64,000 nt of DNA, from IMG/VR virus record IMGVR_UViG_3300028920_000032, positions 94,330 through 158,329 of that record; one strand, written 5' to 3'. This stretch comes from a virus. Position 1 is the first letter of the stretch, and each line of letters starts with the position of its first letter. The translations under genes and the position numbers were made by a program. The notes beneath the pieces are model-generated. The model was not told the DNA's origin. It saw only the letters and a program-made list of their open reading frames with translations, and made no database searches. Positions 40,193-47,854 of this stretch are shown one piece after another.

Positions 40193-41535
40193 ATATTTTT
40201 TATTAGTTCTGGTTTCCCTAGATAGAAACCTTGAATTGAATCGACACCTATTTGCTCTAGTTTTATTATAGTGTCACTGTCTTCAACAAATTCAGCAACA
40301 GTTATTATATTTAACATATGAGCAATATCATTAATATGTTTAATTATTGCATATGTTATTGGATCATTAATGTCTTTTATAAATGAACCATCAATTTTAA
40401 GAATGTCAACAGGTAGAGTTCTTAAATATGTAAGAGACGACATTCCTTTTCCAAAATCATCTAAAGCAAATTTACAACCGAGATCTCTGATTGCATTTAT
40501 AAATTTAATACAAACAGTTGAATTAGATAATATAACATTCTCAGTTATTTCAAATATTATTTTTTCTGGTGGCACTTTAAATCTTTTTAATTGGTCTGAA
40601 ATAAACTTAACTAGCTGAGGATCAGCAACTGTTTGACCTGAAAGCTTAATTAAAAAATTTATATTATTAATTTTATCATAATTAGCAAATACTTTCATTA
40701 TCACTAAACGATCAATATGAGGCATCAAATTATATTTTTCTGCAAGTGGTATTAACACTGCTGTAGGTATTGAGTCTTTCTTATTGCCCCTAACTAAAAT
40801 TTCAAAACTTCTAAAATTTTTATTATTTAAAGGATATATTTTCTGTGCAAATAGATCAACATCACCTTTTTCAATCATTGTTGAAATTTCAGAAATTTTT
40901 TCAGTGTTTTCTTGCTGTGCTTTAATTATTAAATCATCTTTATTGGGAGATATATGTATACTATTTCCACCAGCATTTTTTGCAATATAACAAGCATTAT
41001 CTGCAGCTATCATTATTTTAGTAAAATCATCTGCATATTTTGGATCTATTGTAGATATCCCTATGCTGGCACTTATATGAAATATTTTCCCATCCCAAAC
41101 AAAATTATAGTTATTGATAGCTTTTAATACTTTCTTTGCTAATTTAGCTGCAATTACTAAATTACAATTTTTTATAATAATTGCAAATTCATCTCCGCCT
41201 AATCTTGCAACAGTATCATCAGATCTTAGACATTTTTTAAATAATTGAGCTACTTGTTTTAAAAGTAGATCACCAGCAGTATGACCACATGAATCATTAA
41301 CTGCTTTAAATTTATCTAAATCAATATAAAATAAATAATGATGTTTGTTATTTTTCTTAGCGTCTAAATATAATTTACTTAATATTTTTTCAAACATTCT
41401 TCTATTATACAGATTTGTTAAATAATCAAATTGTGCATGATATTTTGTTGTATTGTTATTTTTTATAATTATTTTGTATATTCTATATACAAGGAATGAA
41501 AATAAAATAATAGAAGCTATTATCAATTCTGTCAA
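40183..41535 (-). CDS. Membrane-anchored GGDEF-EAL c-di-GMP enzyme
   Basis: DYLTNLYNRR, DLDKFKAVND..GH..GD, RLGGDEF; EIL, FEITE, LDDFG, KIDGSF, AEFVE, QGFY. Confidence 0.93.
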   Translation of the reverse strand: MTELIIASIILFSFLVYRIYKIIIKNNNTTKYHAQFDYLTNLYNRRMFEKILSKLYLDAKKNNKHHYLFYIDLDKFKAVNDSCGHTAGDLLLKQVAQLFKKCLRSDDTVARLGGDEFAIIIKNCNLVIAAKLAKKVLKAINNYNFVWDGKIFHISASIGISTIDPKYADDFTKIMIAADNACYIAKNAGGNSIHISPNKDDLIIKAQQENTEKISEISTMIEKGDVDLFAQKIYPLNNKNFRSFEILVRGNKKDSIPTAVLIPLAEKYNLMPHIDRLVIMKVFANYDKINNINFLIKLSGQTVADPQLVKFISDQLKRFKVPPEKIIFEITENVILSNSTVCIKFINAIRDLGCKFALDDFGKGMSSLTYLRTLPVDILKIDGSFIKDINDPITYAIIKHINDIAHMLNIITVAEFVEDSDTIIKLEQIGVDSIQGFYLGKPELIKNMPS

Positions 41536-41992
41536 CTCTATCTCCCTTCTAGTTCGACATCGCCGAACATAATCGCCGCCTTTTTATCACCACTTTCTTT
41601 TTTTTCACTTTTTGTTTCAACATTCTTATTATGTTTAAGCCAACAATTGTGACATACAAATGTACTTCCTAAAAAATAACCTTTTGTAAATTCTTCTTTA
41701 GCTCCACATAATCCACAAGTTATAAAAGTTGGAATAGGATTAGAATTTGTCATATATTAACACCTCCTAGTAAATTATAAAAGCTTGTCGATTATATTAT
41801 CTAAGATCATCTAAATATTGCTTTCTTTGATGCCATGGTAAACTGAGATATTCTTTCTTAAACTTATAAGCTTCTTGCTTAACAACGTCTGGATTTTCTT
41901 CAATTACTTTAGCATATCGATTAGCAATATACTTTCTTATAACTTTTGAAGCTTTCTTATTCATATATTCTCCTTCCAATTATATGATCAAA

Positions 41993-42063
41993 TATGTCTT
42001 ACAGGATTCGAACCTGTGACTCCAGCCCAATCACCGGCGCTCTAACCGCTAAACCAAAGACAT
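41993..42063 (-). tRNA. tRNA-like gene with aberrant 6-nt anticodon loop (undetermined or pseudo)
   Basis: ATGTCTT/AAGACAT acceptor, intact T arm ACAGG-TTCGAAT-CCTGT, arm CCGGT-GATTGG-GCTGG. Confidence 0.6.
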
Positions 42064-42131
42064 AACCCAATCTAAATGCGCGACAAAGATTGTTTCGCCA
42101 TCAAGCAGTGCGCATTGCTTGTTATAGGCTA

Positions 42132-42202
42132 TGAGCAGTAGAGGAATCGAACCTCTCTAAACGGGTTAAGAGCCCGCTACAAAACCGATCTGTCAACTGC
42201 CC
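42132..42202 (-). tRNA. tRNA-Lys(CTT)
   Basis: GGGCAGT/ACTGCTC, loop CTCTTAA. Confidence 0.85.
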
Positions 42203-42207
42203 AGATA

Positions 42208-42278
42208 TGAGCGGTAGAGGAGTTGAACCTCTCTCAATGGGTTAAAAGCCCACCACAACGCCGATCTGTCAACCGCCC
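42208..42278 (-). tRNA. tRNA-Lys(TTT)
   Basis: GGGCGGT/ACCGCTC, loop CTTTTAA; tandem paralog of the previous gene. Confidence 0.85.
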
Positions 42279-42320
42279 TTATTTATCACTAAAAATATTG
42301 TTACAAATATATTATATTCT

Positions 42321-42599
42321 TCAATCGATAATATTTAGTATAGTAATTTTTGACCGTTTTTTACTCACAACAAAAGTTGAAAATCCCTCAGGAATTGATT
42401 TATTCCATCCATTTTTTCTAGCTTCAGAAACAGACTTAAAAACACCAGCTTGATGCATGAAATGTGCAATTAACATTCCATCTTTTAGATCAAAAAACAC
42501 TTGCTCTTGCTTTTTGTCTACAGGCCCCAAGAACAATTCAATATCTTTTTTAGAAGTATTCTTTTTAATAAAATCTACATCAATCGGCCCATTTTTCAT
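42321..42599 (-). CDS. S4-like RNA-binding protein (resembles the TyrRS C-terminal domain)
   Basis: M.QAGVFKSVSEARKNG...VSKKR. Confidence 0.6.
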   Translation of the reverse strand: MKNGPIDVDFIKKNTSKKDIELFLGPVDKKQEQVFFDLKDGMLIAHFMHQAGVFKSVSEARKNGWNKSIPEGFSTFVVSKKRSKITILNIID

Positions 42600-42613
42600 T
42601 TCCTCTATTCTCC

Positions 42614-42988
42614 TTAAAAAACAGAATTCTTAATATTATCTAAGAACTTATTTAATTTTTTTCTTAGGTCAGTAAGTGTTCCTGCACTAACAGAAAAGTT
42701 TGCAGAGTTTTCATTATCAATATCTAAATAAATAGTTAAATTGTAATTTAAACCTAGATTATTTTCCCAATTATAAAATCTTAATGAAAAGCTATTTAAG
42801 CCAGGAATTTCTACTAAAGTACCAATCAAAGAATCTGGATCTAAAACTTCTATAGAATTATTTTCTGGTGTTGGTGCGGTTTTATTACATGTATTATATC
42901 TTCCGATTCCAATTACTATTATTATAGCAATAAGAATAATAATTCCTACAATTACACTAGATCTCATCATAATACTATCTCCTTTCAA
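42614..42988 (-). CDS. Hypothetical membrane protein
   Basis: N-terminal TM helix. Confidence 0.55.
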   Translation of the reverse strand: MKGDSIMMRSSVIVGIIILIAIIIVIGIGRYNTCNKTAPTPENNSIEVLDPDSLIGTLVEIPGLNSFSLRFYNWENNLGLNYNLTIYLDIDNENSANFSVSAGTLTDLRKKLNKFLDNIKNSVF

Positions 42989-42992
42989 ATAG

Positions 42993-43064
42993 ACCCGCCG
43001 ACAGGATTCGAACCTGCATTAAGTGGTTTAGAAGACCACTGCCTATCCCTTAGACTACGACGGG
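42993..43064 (-). tRNA. tRNA-Arg(TCT)
   Basis: CCCGTCG/CGGCGGG, GTGGT-CTTCTAA-ACCAC. Confidence 0.88.
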
Positions 43065-43070
43065 AGGTTT

Positions 43071-43496
43071 CTAAATACTTAACTTTTTTGTATTGTCAAA
43101 TATTATAATAAATGGCTCATCTTTAATCACATAACGAGAAGTACTATCTTCATAAAGAAATTCAATAGATAACTTATCACCATTCTTTAATCCACCTATT
43201 GCCCACATAAAAATTGGATACATGTCTTCTGGCTCTATTTGTTCTTGTGGCGGAATTACTTCAACATGATGATATTGTAATAATATTTTTTCTGAATTGT
43301 TTTTTGATAAATAAATAAAAGCATTTTGAATATTTGGGTCTGCAACTCTGAAAGTTATTATTAATGTATCTTCATTAAAAACATTTTGACCATACCAATA
43401 AAGAACTGGATGGTCATTTGATTCTTTTTTATCTGGTACAACACTAACACAAGAAAAACAAAAAAGAATTAATAAAAAGAAAGCTATTTTTTTCAT
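43071..43496 (-). CDS. Putative lipoprotein
   Basis: Signal peptide ending CFSC. Confidence 0.6.
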   Translation of the reverse strand: MKKIAFFLLILFCFSCVSVVPDKKESNDHPVLYWYGQNVFNEDTLIITFRVADPNIQNAFIYLSKNNSEKILLQYHHVEVIPPQEQIEPEDMYPIFMWAIGGLKNGDKLSIEFLYEDSTSRYVIKDEPFIIIFDNTKKLSI

Positions 43497-43544
43497 ATTA
43501 TCTCCTTAAGATTTGAAACTCTTCTATTAAGTTAGTTCAAATAT

Positions 43545-43626
43545 TACCGCCGGAGGGACTTGAACCCTCAATCTCGTATGAGCGACAGAGTTTAAATCTG
43601 TTGTGTATACATTCCACCACGACGGC
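43545..43626 (-). tRNA. tRNA-Leu(TAA), long variable arm
   Basis: GCCGTCG/CGGCGGT, ACAGA-TTTAAAC-TCTGT. Confidence 0.85.
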
Positions 43627-43631
43627 ATGAA

Positions 43632-43880
43632 TTAATTTTGTGAATTTTCATATGCATGAATTGGACAGTCCATATCTGTTTTTCCAAGCTTGAAAAAAGT
43701 TTTCATAATACAAAAACGGCATACTGTAATTTCACCTTCATCATTAACTGCTTGCATCATTGCTATTCCTTTTTGTTTGTCACCACATTGACTACATTCG
43801 CAATCACCATGATTATAAAAAAACATAATTTTTGTATTATCATCTTTTCCATTCAAAATAATATTTGGACAATCACACAT
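43632..43880 (-). CDS. Cys-rich hypothetical protein
   Basis: CxC, CxxC motifs. Confidence 0.55.
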   Translation of the reverse strand: MCDCPNIILNGKDDNTKIMFFYNHGDCECSQCGDKQKGIAMMQAVNDEGEITVCRFCIMKTFFKLGKTDMDCPIHAYENSQN

Positions 43881-43893
43881 AACATTTCCTTTC

Positions 43894-44017
43894 TGGAGTA
43901 GGGGAGAGTTGAACTCCCGTCTTCTATCAAAGCAACCTTTTAAGGTACAAGGATTTTCGGATCTAGTGCATTTACGTCATCCTTAGTCTTATCAAGAATC
44001 GAATCCTGAACTACCCC
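43894..44017 (-). ncRNA. ssrA: Miniature tmRNA (124 nt)
   Basis: 5' GGGGTAGTTCAGGATTCGA, 3' GACGGGAGTTCAACTCTCCCCTACTCCA; G3:U70 Ala identity; no D-stem; internal TAAAT-GCA resume context with ORF ALDPKILVP*. Confidence 0.8.
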
Positions 44018-44018
44018 A

Positions 44019-44240
44019 TTAAAATTCTATAGAATCTATAAACAATAAAGCAAATTCAAAACCTGCAACTTGTTTTTTGTCAGACAAAGTTGTTTTTATT
44101 ACTTCAAGATTTTTCTTCAAATTTTCTTTGTCAACATAAATATCATCTTTACGCTTAATAAGATTAAATTTTAAAGATTGTATAATAGCATTAAGCTGAT
44201 CAACATCTTTAATAACTATACTGCTAAGATTTATTTCCAT
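44019..44240 (-). CDS. Hypothetical protein
   Basis: ORF with RBS. Confidence 0.5.
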   Translation of the reverse strand: MEINLSSIVIKDVDQLNAIIQSLKFNLIKRKDDIYVDKENLKKNLEVIKTTLSDKKQVAGFEFALLFIDSIEF

Positions 44241-44577
44241 ATTACTTATCCCTTTCTTTATATTTTTCTTTCTTCAAATAACCAAGAAAAATCTATAGAG
44301 CTATCATATCCTGTAGATAAAGATAATATAAGCAATGAAATTAGACAAGATCCAACTCCAACACCGAATACAGAATATATAGCTACTATAATTGGCGTAG
44401 AAATATGTGTGAAAGTGTGCGCTACAGCCGTAATAATATAACAGTGACTGATAATATTAATAACACAAATGCAACGCATGTTTTCATTTCATTATCATTT
44501 TTTGGTCTTCTCATAATATTTTATCCTTTCATAACAAATATGTCATTTATTTGCCAATTTATAGAACAATAAAAATA

Positions 44578-44648
44578 TGGAGGTCCCGGTGATCGAAACC
44601 GGTCCATCGGATCTTCAATCCACTGCGCTACCATTACGCTAAACCTCC
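44578..44648 (-). tRNA. tRNA-Phe(GAA)
   Basis: GGAGGTT/GACCTCC, loop TTGAAGA; weak upper anticodon stem. Confidence 0.75.
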
Positions 44649-44653
44649 ATAAA

Positions 44654-44729
44654 AATCTAAACAAGTTATATGAAGAGGATTCTTTTAGATTAACAGTCTA
44701 CGATAACCTCTATCAATTCAGTTTAGATT
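44654..44729 (-). ncRNA. Y RNA candidate 3, with Asn-like anticodon stem-loop
   Basis: AATCTAAAC/GTTTAGATT stem, TGAAT..GAGGTTATCG, TAGA-CTGTTAA-TCTA, AACTTG. Confidence 0.7.
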
Positions 44730-44730
44730 A

Positions 44731-44803
44731 AGTTCGGAGTGAGATTTGAACTCACGATAATAGGGTTGCAACCTACCGCCTTAAACCACTTGGCTATCCG
44801 AAC
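44731..44803 (-). tRNA. tRNA-Cys(GCA)
   Basis: GTTCGGA/TCCGAAC, loop TTGCAAC, U73. Confidence 0.88.
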
Positions 44804-44884
44804 ATAAAGCAGCTTATCTTCATAGTGTCAGTCTATGTTAATAAGCCACTCGCAGTAAAGTATCTGACATATACAATACTACTC

Positions 44885-44955
44885 TAGCCCTAAACGGATT
44901 CGAACCGATGTGACCTAGCTGAAAACCAGGCAGCCTGCCTTTAGCTGATAGGGCC
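44885..44955 (-). tRNA. tRNA-Glu(TTC)
   Basis: GGCCCTA/TAGGGCT, loop TTTTCAG; paralog of 29847..29917. Confidence 0.85.
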
Positions 44956-45689
44956 ATCAAATCACCAAATTTCTAAACCTTCACCACCAGTATCATCTTC
45001 GATATAAAATATATTACCTGATGAAAATTTAATTTTTATTGAATAAAAATCATCGATATTTATTGAATTTATAGTTTTTCCAACTTCATTAGAGAGTGCT
45101 TTATCATCTTCATTATAAATACCAACTACATTACCACCTGCAGGTGCAATATTATATTTTATCTCATTTATAGTAAGATATAAAATACCACTTTTTAAAT
45201 AACTAACTTTATCTAAAACAGAACCAACAGAATTCTTCAAATTCTCTCTTAGTATGTCTATTTCTTTTATTTCACTGTTCTCTTTATGTTTTAAAAAAAT
45301 ATGCACACTGCAATAGAAGAAGTTATACCCATTACTAAGTAAGCAAAGAAATAGATTGGAATAAATTTCCAATGACTCAATTGCAAACTACCTAAATACA
45401 TTAGCATTGAGAAAAAGAAAAGTATTGAAGGTGCTAGAATAAAATGTTTTCTTTGGATCATTCTAATTCTCCAATCTTTGTTATTGCCCATGCTGTTTTC
45501 CAGTTATTGCCAAGAAAAAGAAATATATCATTTCCTAAAGTAAAAGTTACCCAACCATTGCCCAAGTAGTTTATATTCTTTGCATTAAGTGGTAATAAAT
45601 AACTTTTTTCAGATTGACATGATAAAAACAAAACAATAATTACAACTAATAAAATAATTATTTTCTTCATATTATCTCCTTTCAAAATA

Positions 45690-45828
45690 AAGTAAGCAAG
45701 TTAGCGAATAAAGAAAATTTAAACTCTACCAACTGAGCTACCACCAAGCTTTGCTTGATGAGCAGGACTCGAACCTGCGACCTTTTGTTTTTAAGACAAA
45801 CGATAACCTTTATTCAATCAGCTTACTT
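45690..45828 (-). ncRNA. yrlA: YrlA-type Y RNA (circularly permuted tRNA-mimic domain)
   Basis: AAGTAAGC/GCTTACTT stem, TGATT..AGGTTATCG, then TTTGT-CTTAAAA-ACAAA, T arm GCAGG-TTCGAGT-CCTGC, closed acceptor CATCAAGC/GCTTGGTG, D arm TAGCTCAGTTGGTAGAG, AACTTG. Confidence 0.88.
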
Positions 45829-45830
45829 AG

Positions 45831-45903
45831 TGGAGCTGCGGAGGTTCGAACTCCGTACCTCCTGCTTGCAAAGCAGGCGCTCTCCCAATTGAGCTACAGC
45901 CCC
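45831..45903 (-). tRNA. tRNA-Ala(TGC)
   Basis: GGGGCTG/CAGCTCC with G3:U70, loop TTTGCAA. Confidence 0.92.
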
Positions 45904-45908
45904 ATGAT

Positions 45909-45996
45909 TGGGCCGAGTAGGACTCGAACCTACGATGTTTGCACTTAGGCGCCGGGTTTACAGCCCGGGGCGTTCGCCGCTACGCTATACCGACCC
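45909..45996 (-). tRNA. tRNA-Tyr(GTA)
   Basis: CCGGG-CTGTAAA-CCCGG, long variable arm. Confidence 0.88.
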
Positions 45997-46034
45997 TTAT
46001 TAAAATAATAATATTTTGTCGAAACTATTAAAGA

Positions 46035-46107
46035 CGGGAGCACCAGGACTCGAACCCGGAAATTCTGGTCTGGAGCCAAACGTGTTTCCAATTAATACCA
46101 TACTCCC
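46035..46107 (-). tRNA. tRNA-Trp(CCA)
   Basis: GGGAGTA/TGCTCCC, loop CTCCAGA, G73. Confidence 0.82.
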
Positions 46108-46111
46108 AAAG

Positions 46112-46185
46112 GGTGACCGACCAGATTTGAACTGGCGTAAATGGATTCACAGTCCATCTTCTGAAACCCCTCGAATACGGCCACC
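46112..46185 (-). tRNA. tRNA-His(GTG)
   Basis: G-1:C73, ATGGA-CTGTGAA-TCCAT. Confidence 0.88.
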
Positions 46186-46194
46186 ATGTTACTT

Positions 46195-46425
46195 CTAGTT
46201 TTCTTTTATAACCCTTTTCTTTTTTCGCTTTTCTCTTTTTCTACTCTTCTTACTTTTTGGTATAACAATAGTTTCATTCTTAGGTATTTTCTTGAGTGTA
46301 AATGTTTTCCATTCCACTGGTGTAATTAAAATTATACCATTATCAAACTTAAACGTAAGAGTCTTTTCATTTTGATCAACTTCAATGTCTTGAAGTTTAT
46401 GTTCTATAAAATCACCTAAATTCAT
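46195..46425 (-). CDS. Hypothetical basic protein
   Basis: ORF between tRNAs. Confidence 0.5.
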   Translation of the reverse strand: MNLGDFIEHKLQDIEVDQNEKTLTFKFDNGIILITPVEWKTFTLKKIPKNETIVIPKSKKSRKREKRKKKRVIKEN

Positions 46426-46427
46426 AG

Positions 46428-46502
46428 CTCCGGAAGTAGGATTCGAACCTACGACACTCTGCTTAACAGGCAGCCACTCTGACCAGACTGAGTTACTCCG
46501 GA
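46428..46502 (-). tRNA. tRNA-Asn(GTT)
   Basis: TCCGGAG/TTCCGGA, loop CTGTTAA, G73. Confidence 0.9.
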
Positions 46503-46575
46503 ATGTAATTAAAAATCTAATTTTGCTGATTTCTTGGATTTGTTGTCATTACCATATTATAAACACCATAAAAAT

Positions 46576-46649
46576 TCAGGCATCCCAGATTCGAACTGGA
46601 GATCTCGAGTTCCCAAAACTCGCGGAGTGACCAACTCTCCCAATGCCTG
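46576..46649 (-). tRNA. tRNA-Pro(TGG)
   Basis: CAGGCAT/ATGCCTG, CGAGT-TTTGGGA-ACTCG. Confidence 0.88.
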
Positions 46650-47158
46650 TTCTACTCTTCACTCTCTTTAATCTCTTTAATTACTACCTTTCTGAAATAA
46701 AAAGTTAGCTATTAAAATCGAAATAATAAATACTACCATTTTTATAAATATGCTTACTTCTTTTGTTCTAAGTTCAGAATATGGTTTCCAGAATACCCAG
46801 ACGGCTTCAGTATATATTGAAGATTTACCAAATGATAATACAAATTCTATTATAGTAATCCATAATGCACAAGTTATATAACCAGCAAGTACAAGTGTTA
46901 AAAAAATTATTATTTTTGATGATGTACTCATATCTCTTTTAAGCTACTAAACATCTTTTTAAACTTTCTTTTAGATTTAATTTCTTTCACAATAATTTCA
47001 CCTATTTGGATGCTTTTATAAAAACAGTAGAATATTGTTAATATAATTGGACTGCAACCAGTTAATATAAAACTACTACTCTTTGCAAGAATACAAAATA
47101 AATAAATTATAATCTGTAACAATATAACAAACAATAACATATTATATTCCTTTCTAAT

Positions 47159-47197
47159 TGGGCGCCCTGGGGTTTGAACCCAGCAAACACTACTTTA
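47159..47197 (-). pseudogene. Orphan 3' half of an interrupted tRNA
   Basis: TAAAGTAGTGTTTG-CTGGG-TTCAAAC-CCCAG-GGCGCCC-A. Confidence 0.7.
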
Positions 47198-47200
47198 ATA

Positions 47201-47287
47201 TAGGGGAGGTGGGATTTGAACCCACGAAATCCTTTCGGCCTTCCATTTATAAGATGGATGCTACTAACCAGACTGAGCTACTCCCCT
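47201..47287 (-). tRNA. tRNA-Ile(TAT) with long variable arm
   Basis: AGGGGAG/CTCCCCT, TCCAT-CTTATAA-ATGGA, variable arm containing CC-GAAA-GG. Confidence 0.8.
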
Positions 47288-47758
47288 ATGTTTTCTGCCT
47301 TTAAATCTATATTTCTCTGTTTGTTGATGACAATTAAGACATAATGCCTCGAGGTTATCTCTATCGTTATTTTTTTTATTATTGTCTTTATGATGTATCT
47401 CTAAATATATAGGCTTACCAAGCCATTCAGAATTGCCACAATTGTTGCATTTACCTTTTTGTTCTTCTTTAACCTTTCTTTTTATTTGACTATGAGACAT
47501 AAGTTCATATTTATTTGAATCATAGATCATTTGTCTTGCTCTTTTTTGTGATTCATTGCCTTTTCTCCCTGCTGAAGCGGGCCAGCCTCCGGTATAAGTA
47601 GTCCCACTAAATGGTTTCCCTTTCAACTTTTTACTTACTTTTTCATTTATTTCTTTACGCTTAGCCTTAGTACTAAACCCTCTTGCACATTTAGATGAAC
47701 AAAATCTACCTGACCCATAAGAGCCATCATGCTCCTTATTACAGTTTTCACATTTCAT
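47264..47758 (-). CDS. HNH homing endonuclease with N-terminal Zn finger
   Basis: CENC...GSYGSGRFCS.KC; CNNC...LEIHHKD...NN...NL..LC.NCH. Confidence 0.9.
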   Translation of the reverse strand: MKCENCNKEHDGSYGSGRFCSSKCARGFSTKAKRKEINEKVSKKLKGKPFSGTTYTGGWPASAGRKGNESQKRARQMIYDSNKYELMSHSQIKRKVKEEQKGKCNNCGNSEWLGKPIYLEIHHKDNNKKNNDRDNLEALCLNCHQQTEKYRFKGRKHRGVAQSG

Positions 47759-47819
47759 ATTCGAACCTCCAAGTGTATATAATATTATCTTACACCTATA
47801 AGTTCGAATCTTTCATTTT

Positions 47820-47850
47820 GAAGCTGCTTCACCAATTTGCATAGACGCCT
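47820..47850 (-). pseudogene. Orphan 5' half of the interrupted tRNA
   Basis: AGGCGTC-TA-TGCAAATTGGTGAAGCA-G-CTTC; acceptor strand pairs with GGCGCCC at 47160-47166. Confidence 0.65.
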
Positions 47851-47854
47851 AAAA

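Noticed and set aside
44809-44884. HDV-like (theta) ribozyme in the tRNA trailer
   Set aside because: Could not build the nested double pseudoknot; kept only as a kissing-loop candidate
45721-45801. Ordinary or pseudo tRNA-Leu(TAA)
   Set aside because: Arm order is anticodon-T-acceptor-D inside a Ro-type stem, which is YrlA architecture rather than a tRNA gene
45751-46198. ORFs overlapping RNA genes (45751, 46016; also 20367, 23167, 36718, 42223, 47997, 52237)
   Set aside because: Translations of tRNA, Y RNA or RNase P sequence
47198-47819. Group I or II intron in the split tRNA
   Set aside because: The interval is fully accounted for by the HNH ORF, its leader hairpin and tRNA-Ile; no intron core helices seen
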